NCBI RefSeq assembly: GCF_000315625.1
Contig: NW_005434443.1
Coordinates: forward strand, 1 to 57,561
Reading direction: 5' to 3'
Source of the DNA: Guillardia theta CCMP2712
Lineage: Eukaryota; Protista; Cryptophyta
DNA length: 57,561 bases
The position numbers were made by a program, and so were the translations under genes. The notes under the pieces are model-generated. The model saw only the letters and a program-made list of their open reading frames with translations. It was not told where the DNA came from and did not search any database. Shown piece after piece: positions 18,678 to 30,900 of this stretch (positions are counted from its first letter, which is position 1; each line of letters begins with the position of its first letter).

Positions 18678-20742
18678 TAGGATCTAAGAGTGTAAGGAAA
18701 GATGTCAGGCATTGATCCAGAACATGTTCAAAGTTTCAATGATTTGATGTTTGATTCGAATCATTATGTATATGATTATTGTTAGAATCTCATCAGCACC
18801 ATCATCGTTTCGTCGAACCCTCCCTGTTCATCCATAAAACACTCGTCTCGTAAAGTTCTTGCACTTAATCTCCAATGTCCTATTCAAGTTCTTCGTTTGC
18901 TAAGGGTTTCTGCCTGCCCGTTTGTCTTTCACTTCAGCTCCATGTCACTTCGTCTCTGCCTCGGCCCCATTCTTGGACGAACTCACTAGGAGCCCTCCAT
19001 CCTTCACACCTCTCTCCCTTCCCTGCCATCCCTGACATAATTCCACCCAGATCCTCAAGGCACCCCTCACTCCAGAATGAGTCTTCTTGACCGGGGGTAG
19101 TACAAAACACCCCTACCAACTCAATTCCACTCTTCTATCTAGTTTGGCATAAGCAGGGGTGGTGACCCTTTTAACCGTTTACCCCAAGAGGGTGACTACC
19201 CTACCTCTACGTTTTGCTGTGCATTGACTTCCCACTGAAGTACGCATTCTGTGAACTTTCACTCCACACAAGTACGCGAAGTACGTAGTTTCAGTGGGGG
19301 ACAGCAGTCGGCAGGATTAGGTTTGGTTCTCGCTGTCTTTTCTCTTCCCGCCGTTTGGCCTGTGCGACAGAGTCAGACTCTTCGACTCTCCTGATTGTCC
19401 TCGTACTGATTTTTAACTTAACTTTGAGTAAAAGCCTCCGTCCCGTCACGTAGTACCGCCGGCACTGGCCACGGTCGAACGGACTGTACACTCGACTCAA
19501 CTCTCAGTCTGGCACCGTACGGTCACGTAGAGCGGCCTCCTCAGGCCGCGCCCCGCGCCGCGGGCCGGGCACTGTACGGCAAGCCTCCACTGGCCGGGCC
19601 GCGCGCCTGGTCACCGGGTCACCAACGCCGGGCCGCCATCCGGCGATCGGACCGGACGGGACTGACTCAAGTCGGAATGAAGGCGGAAGTTGACTGCACG
19701 GTACCACCCTCACCCTTACAGGTCATCTGCCATCGTGACCACCACCACCCGTCATGGCGTTTTGATCTGTAAAGTACCCCCTCTTTGAATCTTCCAAGTT
19801 TACTACTACACCGCATTACAATCCGAGTACCCCCTTCACAGTACTTCAAAGGACCCCTGCTTGGACCATGACGTTTCAGATCCTCTGGACAATCTGAAGT
19901 GAAAATCTTTCGAGACTCTCTCACCCCCCCCCCTCCGTAACTTCTTTTGGCATTCTCCGGTACCCTACCCTTTCTAGCGGCTCGGAGTCTGGCCTACTAG
20001 TAGAACTGCACTACCGCATTCCTCTCAAGCTGAGTACCCTACCCCCTCATTATCAGATCATGCTATTTGCTAATAAATTGCCTTCTTGTGACCATATTAT
20101 AAAACGCACTAAAAATCTTATTCGTGAGTACCCCTACTTGGAGTAATATCCAAAGTGGAGGACCCTGCTTCTGAGCGACACCCCCTTTGTAGCCTGTTTG
20201 TACCCTACCCTTGTAGGGCAATTTTTGAACCCCTCCCACCAATGCAATCTCGAACACCCTGGACAACAACCCCTACCCTACAGGGCTCATTGAATTGGTT
20301 TTTTTGGGGTCAACACAGCAGTACGTGCTGTTACTACTACAACCAATCGAGGTTACTACGACAGCTCAAGGTTACTACGACAGATATATATTGCAGTGTT
20401 ACATTCGTTCACCTCCCTGGTTTCCTCTCTCTACGTCTCGTCGTTTCTTCACACTTTCTCTTTCAAACAATCTTCTCGCTTGCAGGCCCGTGCTATCAGT
20501 CTGGACAGTCAAGCGGTCAACGACAGTAAGTCCTTTGCACTTCAAGCCTTTGATATTTCTCGACCTCTATCACATCAGGTAATCTCCTTGAAATGTTCCC
20601 GCGTCGTCTATTCTCCGCTCCTCCTTCAGTTGCGATTCTTCTTTCCCTCGCACTGATATACTAGCTGAAAATGTTCTCCGCTTCTTGGCTGTGTTCCTCT
20701 GCTTCAACAGATACTTGTTCAGCCTGATGTCAGTGAGCAGGC

Positions 20743-21682
20743 ATGAGCAACCGCATGTTCGAGCAGCCATCTCGGTCCTTCACTTCACTTCCGGCACGTA
20801 GAGCGACTACAGAGGACGATGAACTTATGAGCGGCAAGAAGACCATAGCTACGTCTATAGGGCAGATCAACCAGGCTCTTGGAAAGCTTGCGGTGGAATC
20901 GAGCGGAGGAAAGGATAAGAATAGCCCAATTGACTCCATCAAACAAATCGCTGTGAAAGAAAGCAGAAAGATTGAAACAAAGTTCAAGGCAATAGTGATA
21001 CAGGCAGCTGAAGAAAAGGATTCGCTGGTATGGGATTGTCTTTCATGGTAGCTTGTCTGACTGGTAGAATTTTAGATGCTAAAAAACTCTCTAACACAAG
21101 CCAAAGAGCAGCTGGAGGAGCAGGTGTACAATGCATCTGAGAAGCAGGGGCTGCTCGCAGCTGCTCTAGCTCAGAAGAGCAAGAAGAAGCTGACCATCGA
21201 GATGGAGGAGGATGAGAAGTGGAACATCATTGAGAAAGCCACCTCCGCTTCCTGGACCAAAGTCTTGGACTCGCTCTTGGAGACAGCTGAGAACTGTGCT
21301 CTTGCTCAGCTGGAGGAGGAGGACGACGACGAGACACGAAGCGAAAGCTCAGTGTCGATGCTGCCGAGGAAAAGTTACTCTGACGACGGAGACAATGATT
21401 GGAGATCCCTCGAGGAAAGGCCGACGGACTGGACGGACTGGACAGGCAAGTCAAGTTTCTCGTGCTATGTGGTGCGCTAACCCGGCATGCTCAGATGCAA
21501 ATGATCGCGATAACAGTCCTCTTCGACTTCCTGGAGGAGCAGGAAAGCAGCAGCAGCGGTACATCTCGCCGCTACGAAACCCTGTCGGGCATGACGAAGG
21601 AGGCATCCAAGCCTTTCCTGGGCGAGGAGGAAAGAAGAAGCAGGACAGTCGGCTGGTCAGCAGCTACGACTTCGAGGACTGA
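20743..21682 (+). CDS. Hypothetical coiled-coil/acidic protein, multi-exon
   Basis: Consecutive + ORFs 20743-21051, 21076-21480 and 21212-21682 can be joined by ~50-nt GT-AG introns. No recognised domain. Confidence 0.5.
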
Positions 21683-21871
21683 CACCTTCGCCCGTTATCT
21701 CCTCGTCTCCCCCTCTCTGCGCTTGACCCTCTCCCTCGTTCTTGTATAAAGTATTTCATAATGCACAAGGAAAATGATGCGAACCATTTCCCATCCTCCG
21801 TTTCCTTCCCCTGCTCACTCTGACTCCCCATCAGCAGCTCCGTTTCCTTCCCCTGATCACTCTGACTACCA

Positions 21872-24800
21872 TCAGCAGCTGCCGTACAGATGGAAGCGGA
21901 CGGAGAGCTCCAGCTTCGCCTGCTTCAGCCTGCCCTCAATCTTGGGGTTGAGGATGGGGAGGAATATGTTCTCGTGGCTGCTCTGATATAGGGCCTTGCT
22001 GAGCTCCACGCTCACGCTCCCGATGAAGTCGTCTTTTGTGATCTACGTGCCGTCAGAGCAGAAATGATAAGCAACGTGCAATATGCTAGGTACGGCAGGG
22101 GCAGGGGCAGGGGCAGGGGCAGGGGCAGGGGTCAAGCTGGGATCAGGAAGGAGGGTGGCATCGGGTAGATTGGAAGTGAAGAAGAAGATTAACTCACATT
22201 GTCCTTGTCCCACACTGTGATGACGACTGAGGAGGCTTCCGCTGCCACGTCCCACTCGAACTCTTCCTCCCACTTGGGGGTGACACTCCTCGGAATCGTC
22301 CTCGTCACGTAGGACTGGGCGTCTTCCTGCCCTGTGAGGTAGAGGATGCAGTAGGGGTCGCAGCTGCGGATCAAATCCATCTTGGGTAGGCCACTAGCTC
22401 CGTGAACGCAGACGGAGAGTTTGCCGATCTTGGAGCTCTCGGGGTGTGAGGAGGAGGCGGCGGCAAAGAAGCTCTTCCTCCTCTCCGGGATTGAGTCCAT
22501 GATGCTGGAGGCGATGCTCTCAACCAGGTCGAGCGTCCGCCGCTGATCCTCGAGCACATTGATCTGCATGAGGTTCATGGCGAGCAGCCTCCTGCACGTG
22601 AGACACGCATGGTTAGATAGAAACAGAAAGGAAGAGAGGAGGGGATACAAAACGATTTGAGGAAAAATTAATCAGAAATGAGGAGAGACGAGAGGAAGAA
22701 GTAGAAGTTTACAAGTGGAAGAGGTAGAAGAAGAGAAGAAAAGGAGTGAAGAAGAGAAAGTAATTCTCACTTCATGTTCTCCATCCCCACGATCTCTCGC
22801 AGCTCCCTATTTCGTCTCTCTCGGAGCTCAGACACGTCCTTTCCGTATCGCTCTAGGATGTCCAACATCACTCTTCGCTGCCCTTCTCCTTCCCCCGCAT
22901 CTTCGGGGGCAGGAGCGACGCTGGCGCTGGAGCTGGACTGCATGGTGAGCAGGTCGAGCAGCCCGTCCTCATCGATCTGCACGCCCCCCCGAAGGAGAAT
23001 CGCCTTTCGCCGCGCCATCTCCTTGTCAACCACCTCCTTCATGCGCTGGCTCGAGCCCCGCGCCTTGAGCTCATCCTGCAGCGATTGTCGGATCTTCTGA
23101 TCTGCCATGAAGTTGCGACTGCCCGGCAGCCAGCGGCGCGCGCCGTGGCTGAGCACGTCCTTGAGCTCCGAGACGAGGCCGGCGCGAGCGTCGGTCGATT
23201 GCTTGACGTTGGAGTAGGCCTCGACGAGGATAGCGAGGAAAATGTTGAAGAGAATGAAGAGCACAACGAAGATGTAAGACCACAAGTAGAGCTGGAAGGA
23301 GATGTCTGAAGCAGCGTGATCCATCTGCGAGGAAAATAAGAGGACAGGAGACGGAAGCAGATCCAGAGGAGGAGAAGGAGGAGCACGATGGAGAAAGGAG
23401 GAAACAAAAGAAGAAAAAGGAACGAGGCAAAGAACAAGAGCAAGACAACGAAGAAAGAGGAAGGAGGGGGAGAAGAAGGAGAAGAGAGGAGAAGGAGAGA
23501 GGAGGAGGAGAGAGGAGGAGGGAGGCACCGAAGTGTAGAACTGAGTAGTGTCCATGTTAAGAATAGTGATAGCAAGAGACTTAAAGGAACCTGAGAGATT
23601 GGACATGCCCTGAGATAAAAGTAAAGGAAAAGACCCAAAAAAAAGAAAGCAGGTGAAGATAAGAGCAACAATCACCACTGAGACGAGAAGGAGCAACAGC
23701 AACATCAAACAATTTCTCATATGAAGTCAAACCTCGTACTGATGGCCGAAGAGGAACACGCCGACGATGGCATACCCCACGAACACGATCATGAACAGCA
23801 GCAGGAAGTGAAACAGATCGCTCGACGCCCTCCCGATCGTCCTCGTCACCATCCCCATCCGCTCTTGGAAGTCCAGCGACTTGAGCATTCGGAACACAAA
23901 CAGCACGATGCTCATCCCCGCGAAGAAGGCGTACATGTCCTCTGCCGACGCCATGGCCTTGACCGAGTCCAGCAGGAGGAGGAAGTCGTACTCGGCCTGG
24001 TTGTTGGTCCGCAGCCTCCTGGCCTTGGCAAAGCTGGTGACTGCGATGGGACTCTCGAAATTAGCGGCGCTGCCTTGGCTGGAGGCGGAGGAGACTCGTC
24101 GCGAGCTGCCGTACTCGGGCCCGTAGAAGAGGATCGGGTAACCGACCTTGAGGCTGAAGGCTCGCGCCTTGCTGTGCAGCAGGAGCCAGCTGACTACCGA
24201 GCCGACGAGGAACGCGAAGTGAAGCCAGTCGATGAGGTTGAAGGGGTCGGTGAAGTAGGAGGAGGCGGAGAACTTTCTCAGGTGGTGCAGGATGTCCGTC
24301 ACCTCCATCCCCACGTTGATCACCAGGGCCAGCAGGATGGCGAGCATGAGCAGCAGCTGCCACGTGCTCGGGTGCTTGATCTTGTCCACCCCCACCGTCG
24401 TGATCTTGTACTCCCACGGGATCTTTCCCCCGACGTCCCAGGTGAAGGTCACCTGGCAGTAGGAGAGGATGTTTCTGACCGCGTTGTAGGTCATGAGCTC
24501 CACGGAGACTTGCTTGGTCTGGAAGTCGATGAACTTCCCGTCCTGCAGGCTCGTCAGCATGTCGAGCGCCTGCTTCCTTGACAGCCGCTCGTCGAAGTAC
24601 ACCTTGAAGTTGTCCGCTTCCAAGCTCACCACCACAGCTGGGCTCTTGCTGAAGTCAGAGCCGTTGACGTCACGAGCGAGCTCGTCGGGCGTCAGCTCGC
24701 CGTCCATGTTGAGGTCGAGGTGGTTGGAGTCGTAGCGGTGGGGGAAGAAGCCGTACGGGTAGGAGATCACCTCCTGCCCGCTGTCGTCCACGAACGAGTG

Positions 24801-26952
24801 TCGCTCGCTGTCGCCGTAGAAGCGATCGGCTCGCAGCTCGCCGTTGTAGAGGCTGCTGGAGGGCATGAAGGTCGGGTCGAAGCCGAAGGGAGTGCTCTCC
24901 TGCGCGGAGGTCGAGGGGCAGTTGATGCTGCTCTGAGCGAGGAGCGTGTAGTTGTGCAGCCCTGGGTCCTGGATGTGATCGACGCACGTGGGCAGACTCT
25001 GCATGCGCTTCTGCGAGACCACGAGAGCTCCGACCATGCGGTTGAACGGCGTCACCTCCAGCACCTTGGGCGTGAAGGGAGGGATGACAACCGGGGGGCC
25101 GGAGGAGGAGGAGCCGTAGGACCAGATGTCAAAGTGGTTGTGGTTCTCGCAGGAGGAGGAGAAGCTGGCGAGAAGAGCAGAGGCGTTAACGCAGGGCGGA
25201 AAGCCGCCGGAGCCAGGGCACTTGTCCTGAGGACAGACGCCGTCGTAGGAGTCCCTGGTGTCCACGGTACAGAGAGCGCAGGGCTTGCAGACGAAGGTCG
25301 AGGAGGAGGAGGATGATGATGCCACTACAGTCCATGCAGCGCAGAAGGAGGAGGCAGCGCAGTCAGCGTGGGAGGAGCAAGTATCTCCGACCTGTTTTGT
25401 GCCCATCGAGATGTTTGGAGTTGAACGCAGTTTGGTGTTGATGTTGTTCTTCAGATGAGAGCCTTTTGACTGCTTGTCTCTTGCCGACGGGCAACTCATG
25501 GCTGCTTGTTTGAAGGAAGACTCAGTTTCAGCGAAGGACAACGGCAGTTGCTTCTCGTACGCTGAACAGAATTGAACCTGACAAGATGAANNNNNNNNNN
25601 NNNNNNNNNNNNNNNNNNNNNNNNNNNNNNNNNNNNNNNNNNNNNNNNNNNNNNNNNNNNNNNNNNNNNNNNNNNNNNNNNNNNNNNNNNNNNNNNNNNN
25701 NNNNNNNNNNNNNNNNNNNNNNNNNNNNNNNNNNNNNNNNNNNNNNNNNNNNNNNNNNNNNNNNNNNNNNNNNNNNNNNNNATCAAATCTGAAGCGAATA
25801 AAAAGCTTCAGTCAGGAATATCCAGCATTATCCAGCTCCTGCTCACCAGTGACATCAAGCGTTTCACACTTGGAGTCAGGCGACTGGTTGACGAGCTTAG
25901 AGCAGTAATCAATGATGTTCTCAATCATAAGCGTGACGGACGCGATGAGCTCTCGGGTATCACCGTAATCAAACGAGTTCAGCTGCTGGTTCGGTGGAAC
26001 CGTGCTGAACAAGAAAACAATGTCAGAGATAAAAGATGCATCATAGAAAAAGCATCGACCTCTGAACCAGTCTCAGGTAGTGCTCGATGGTAGACAGGTC
26101 CACCAAGTCTGTCGTCTGCTTCGTCTGATACATCACGAGCGTGTACTGCCCGTCGGGAAGCTCGAGCGAGAGCGTCGCGTTGTCAATGTCTTGCTCGAAG
26201 ACGAAGGCGTTCATGGTGTCGCTGTAGATGTTGTAGGTGAACTTGCTCCTGCTCGGGTCCAGGCTCGAGTCGAGGAGCGTCAGGTCCCACCCCAGCAAGG
26301 CTCCACTGTCAGCGATCACGTCCTTGAGGCTCAGGGACACGCTCGTCAGGTTGGGATACTTGCCGCAGTCTGGGATGCAGCCGAAGCGACCGAAGCCCGG
26401 GTACTCCGCAGGGCTGTCGCAGACTCCGTCACCACAGACGGGGTCTTGGAAGACGGACGGGAGGATACTCTGCTGCAGCCAGGAGTAGAGGTCGTCGTTG
26501 TTGCGGATGTATCCCGTGGCTCCTACCCCGGAGTTCATGAAGCCCCCCGAGAGATATGTAGGAAGGTCACCGATAAGGAAGTCGAGGAGCGAGCTTTCGA
26601 TAGCAAACAGTGTTTGAGAGTCACGCTGGACAAAGACGAGGAGGATGAAGAGGAGGAAGAAGAGGGAGGTGCCGGCGAGCTTACGGTATCTTGTCGAGCG
26701 ATCGATCCTGGATTGTACCTGCTCCAGAAATGCTTGGAGTTTCGACTCTTTCTGCTTCTCTGAAGATTCCTTCGGTGGACAGAACAATGTCTGAGACTCT
26801 ACGTCATGAAGAACGCTGTCAATAGTTTCAATCCTATTCCTGAAGACATTCGGATTCTCAAGCACTCGGTTCAGATCAAACTCGGCATCCTCGTAGCTTC
26901 TCGACTCCCTTTGATGCTGCAGGACGCCTGCAACGGCGGCGTTCAAGGCCAT
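21872..26952 (-). CDS. Polycystin-2/TRPP-like cation channel with a C-terminal C2 domain (copy 1; spans an assembly gap)
   Basis: YFTDPFNLIDW, RMLKSLDFQERMGMVTRTI, GYAIVGVFLFG, FILFNIFLAILVEAY. C2: LPKMDLIRSCDPYC...WEEEF...VWDKDN/ITKDDFIG. Confidence 0.85.
25591..25781. other. Assembly gap (N run)
   Basis: About 190 N bases. Confidence 1.
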
Positions 26953-27965
26953 GGCGGCACTCAAGGAACAGAAGCTGGAACCATCGACATTGATGCAGCC
27001 GCACGGGGACAAGCAGGAACAGAAGGCTTGATAGATGATAGTACCTAGCTTTCACACCCGGTGTCGCCTTTGAAAGTACAATCATTGTCCCAGTCTCTTC
27101 ATAGCAATTTGAGGGTATCGGGAGTAATAAGCGGGTCAGACAGACAGACAGACAGACAGGTGATATATACTGGGTGATATATAGAGATAGAACGTTCATT
27201 TTAATCTTACATGAGTTATAGTAATCAAAGTTTTACACCAGTACAGACTTTATAAAGAACCCCCACAAATATGATGATTCAAGTGGGGTGGTAGCAAAGA
27301 AGTCAAAAGGCTATTTGAGGGTAGGGTAGTCTCAAAGACCTCGGACATTCCGATCGACAGCTGAGCAGTACCGTTGTACCCCTGCAATCCCCTTGAATAG
27401 AGGGGTAGTGCGTTAAGCCTAGTCGGTCACTTCCCCATGAAATCCATATCTTTTATATTGGTACTAATGATCTTCTTGTTTTTAGAATTGTACCAGGAAC
27501 ATGATAGTACTTGATTTCGGTGTTTTAAAAATCTGACCAATTCGTTTTTGATCACGACTAATGCGATGCGAGTAGTTGGGAACCAATGGGGGGAGGAGAA
27601 GGAGTGTTGAGGAAACGTTGAGGAAGCGTTGAGTAGAAACAGATAGCAGGGCGAGATAGAGTGAGAAAGAGAGTGAGGACTGATGGAAAAGGGACGGAAA
27701 GCAGAATGAGATTGAGAAAGGTCGGGAACAAGGGCAGGGCTTGGATGAACAAAGCTATTCACACACATCGCACTTTCACTAGCAGAGAACAGGAATGAGA
27801 CATGGCTTGGAACTAGTTTCATTGACGACGAACAGCAAAACAATACCCTATCTGTTTCTGCTTCAACCTCTGACACATGCGTATCGCAGGACGCTGGAAC
27901 TTTAAGACTTCTACGAGGGCTCCGGGTTTGTTAGGTGTGTACAAACTTGATCTAAACCAGTCGAC

Positions 27966-30900
27966 ATGGCTGCAGCTGTTGTTGCCGCTACTTTGAATCG
28001 GCAGATGCGCGAAGCTGAACAGGAGCAGGAGCTCGATTACTCTCTACATGGCATGCTGGAGGACCCGCACACCTTTCAAAGCAGGATGGCGTCGGTGGAT
28101 AGCGTTCTGGAGGACCTCAAGTCAAAGTCCTTGTTCGGCCCCACGGATGATGCGCTGAAAGAGTCAGAGTCAAAGATTCATGCTCTCCTCGAGAAGGTGC
28201 AGGCCAGGATCGATCGCTCGACAAGATACCGAAAGCTCGCCGGCACCTCCCTCTTCTTCCTCCTCTTCATCCTCCTCGTCTTTGCCCAGCGTGACTCTCA
28301 AGTTCTCTACGTCATTGAAAGCTCGCTCCTCGACGCCCTTGTAGACGACCTTCCTTCCATGCGCTCGGGGGGCTTCATGAACTCCGGGGTAGGAGCCACG
28401 GGATACATCCGCAACAACGACGACCTCTACTCCTGGCTGCAGCAGAGTATCCTCCCGTCCGTCTTCCAAGACCCCGTCTGTGGTGACGGAGTCTGCGACA
28501 GCCCTGCGGAGTACCCGGGCTTCGGTCGCTTCGGCTGCATCCCAGACTGCGGCAAGTATCCCAACCTGACGAGCGTGTCCCTGAGCCTCAAGGACGTGAT
28601 CGCTGACAGCGGAGCCTTGCTGGGGTGGGACCTGACGCTCCTCGACTCGAGCCTGGACCCGAGCAGGAGCAAGTTCACCTACAACATCTACAGCGACACC
28701 ATGAACGCCTTCGTCTTCGAGCAAGACATTGACAACGCGACGCTCTCGCTCGAGCTTCCCGACGGGCAGTACACGCTCGTGATGTATCAGACGAAGCAGA
28801 CGACAGACTTGGTGGACCTGTCTACCATGGAGCACTACCTGAGACTCAATGCGAAGTAAGTAAGTGAATCTTTAGTTATATTCGTTAATGTTGATCGACA
28901 GCACAATCCCGGAGAAGGAACTTTCAAATAGTTTGCACTATGGCGACATGCGGGAATTTCTCTCGTCGGCGATTCTTTTGCTGGAGAACATCATTCATTA
29001 CTGCTCGAAAGAAAGTTCTAGAACCTTTCAAGAATGTCAAGAGCTCAATGTTGAAGGTCTTTCGTTGTTATTGGCCTTATACACTTTCTGATTATCCTTA
29101 TTCGCTTCAGATTTGATCGCTCATTTTCTTGATTCCTATGGACTAAACGGCAGCGTATCCATGAAAGATCGGAGGACAAAAGTCCTCACGCCTCTGTTAA
29201 ATGTAATACACCTGCTCTCACATGCTTGGACTCAAATGCTTTTCTCAGATCAAATTCTGCTCGGCCCCGAACCTTCGCAACAAAACCTACGCGGCCCTCA
29301 AAGAACTGTTCACTTCCTACCAGACCTCCGGCTGCTCCGACTCGAACGCCTTACGCGCAACCCAGCAGAGTCTGTCAGCGACGATGAAGAGAAGCAAGAG
29401 GCCCCTACAAGTACTGCAAGACTTGGTGGACGCGAAGAACAAACATCAGTCCCAACGAGCAACCGCAGCAGGGGGAACACAACAAGTCGGATATACTTGC
29501 TCCTCCCACGCTGACTGCGCTGCCTCCTCCTTCTGCGCTGCATGGACTGTAGTGGCTCCCAGCACCAGCTCCTCCTCCTCAAGGCCAACCAACAGCGCCT
29601 CCTCCTCCACCTTCGTCTGCAAGCCCTGCGCTCTCTGTACCGTGGACACCAGGGACTCCTACGACGGCGTCTGTCCTCAGGACAAGTGCCCTGGCTCCGG
29701 CGGCTTTCCGCCCTGCGTTAACGCCTCTGCTCTTCTCGCCAGCTTCTCCTCCTCCTGCGAGAACCACAACCACTTTGACATCTGGTCCTACGGCTCCTCC
29801 TCCTCCGGCCCGCCGGTTGTCATCCCTCCCTTCACGCCCAAGGTGCTGGAGGTGACGCCGTTCAACCGCATGGTCGGAGCTCTCGTGGTCTCGCAGAAGC
29901 GCATGCAGAGTCTGCCCACGTGCGTCGATCACATCCAGGACCCAGGGCTGCACAACTACACGCTCCTCGCTCAGAGCAGCATCAACTGCCCCTCGACCTC
30001 CGCGCAGGAGAGCACTCCCTTCGGCTTCGACCCGACCTTCATGCCCTCCAGCAGCCTCTACAACGGCGAGCTGCGAGCCGATCGCTTCTACGGCGACAGC
30101 GAGCGACACTCGTTCGTGGACGACAGCGGGCAGGAGGTGATCTCCTACCCGTACGGCTTCTTCCCCCACCGCTACGACTCCAACCACCTCGACCTCAACA
30201 TGGACGGCGAGCTGACGCCCGACGAGCTCGCTCGTGACGTCAACGGCTCTGACTTCAGCAAGAGCCCAGCTGTGGTGGTGAGCTTGGAAGCGGACAACTT
30301 CAAGGTGTACTTCGACGAGCGGCTGTCAAGGAAGCAGGCGCTCGACATGCTGACGAGCCTGCAGGACGGGAAGTTCATCGACTTCCAGACCAAGCAAGTC
30401 TCCGTGGAGCTCATGACCTACAACGCGGTCAGAAACATCCTCTCCTACTGCCAGGTGACCTTCACCTGGGACGTCGGGGGAAAGATCCCGTGGGAGTACA
30501 AGATCACGACGGTGGGGGTGGACAAGATCAAGCACCCGAGCACGTGGCAGCTGCTGCTCATGCTCGCCATCCTGCTGGCCCTGGTGATCAACATGGGGAT
30601 GGAGGTGACGGACATCCTGCACCACCTGAGAAAGTTCTCTGCCTCCTCCTACTTCACCGACCCCTTCAACCTCATCGACTGGCTTCACTTCGCGTTCCTC
30701 GTCGGCTCGGTAGTCAGCTGGCTCCTGCTGCACAGCAAGGCGCGAGCCTTCAGCCTCAAGGTCGGTTACCCGATCCTCTTCTACGGGCCCGAGTACGGCA
30801 GCTCGCGACGAGTCTCCTCCGCCTCCAGCCAAGAGCTTCCCGGTGACTTCGAGAGTCCCATCGCAGTCACCAGCTTCGCCAAGGCCAGGAGGCTGCGGAC

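Noticed and set aside
25496-25792. ORFs made of X residues
   Set aside because: Artefact of the N gap.
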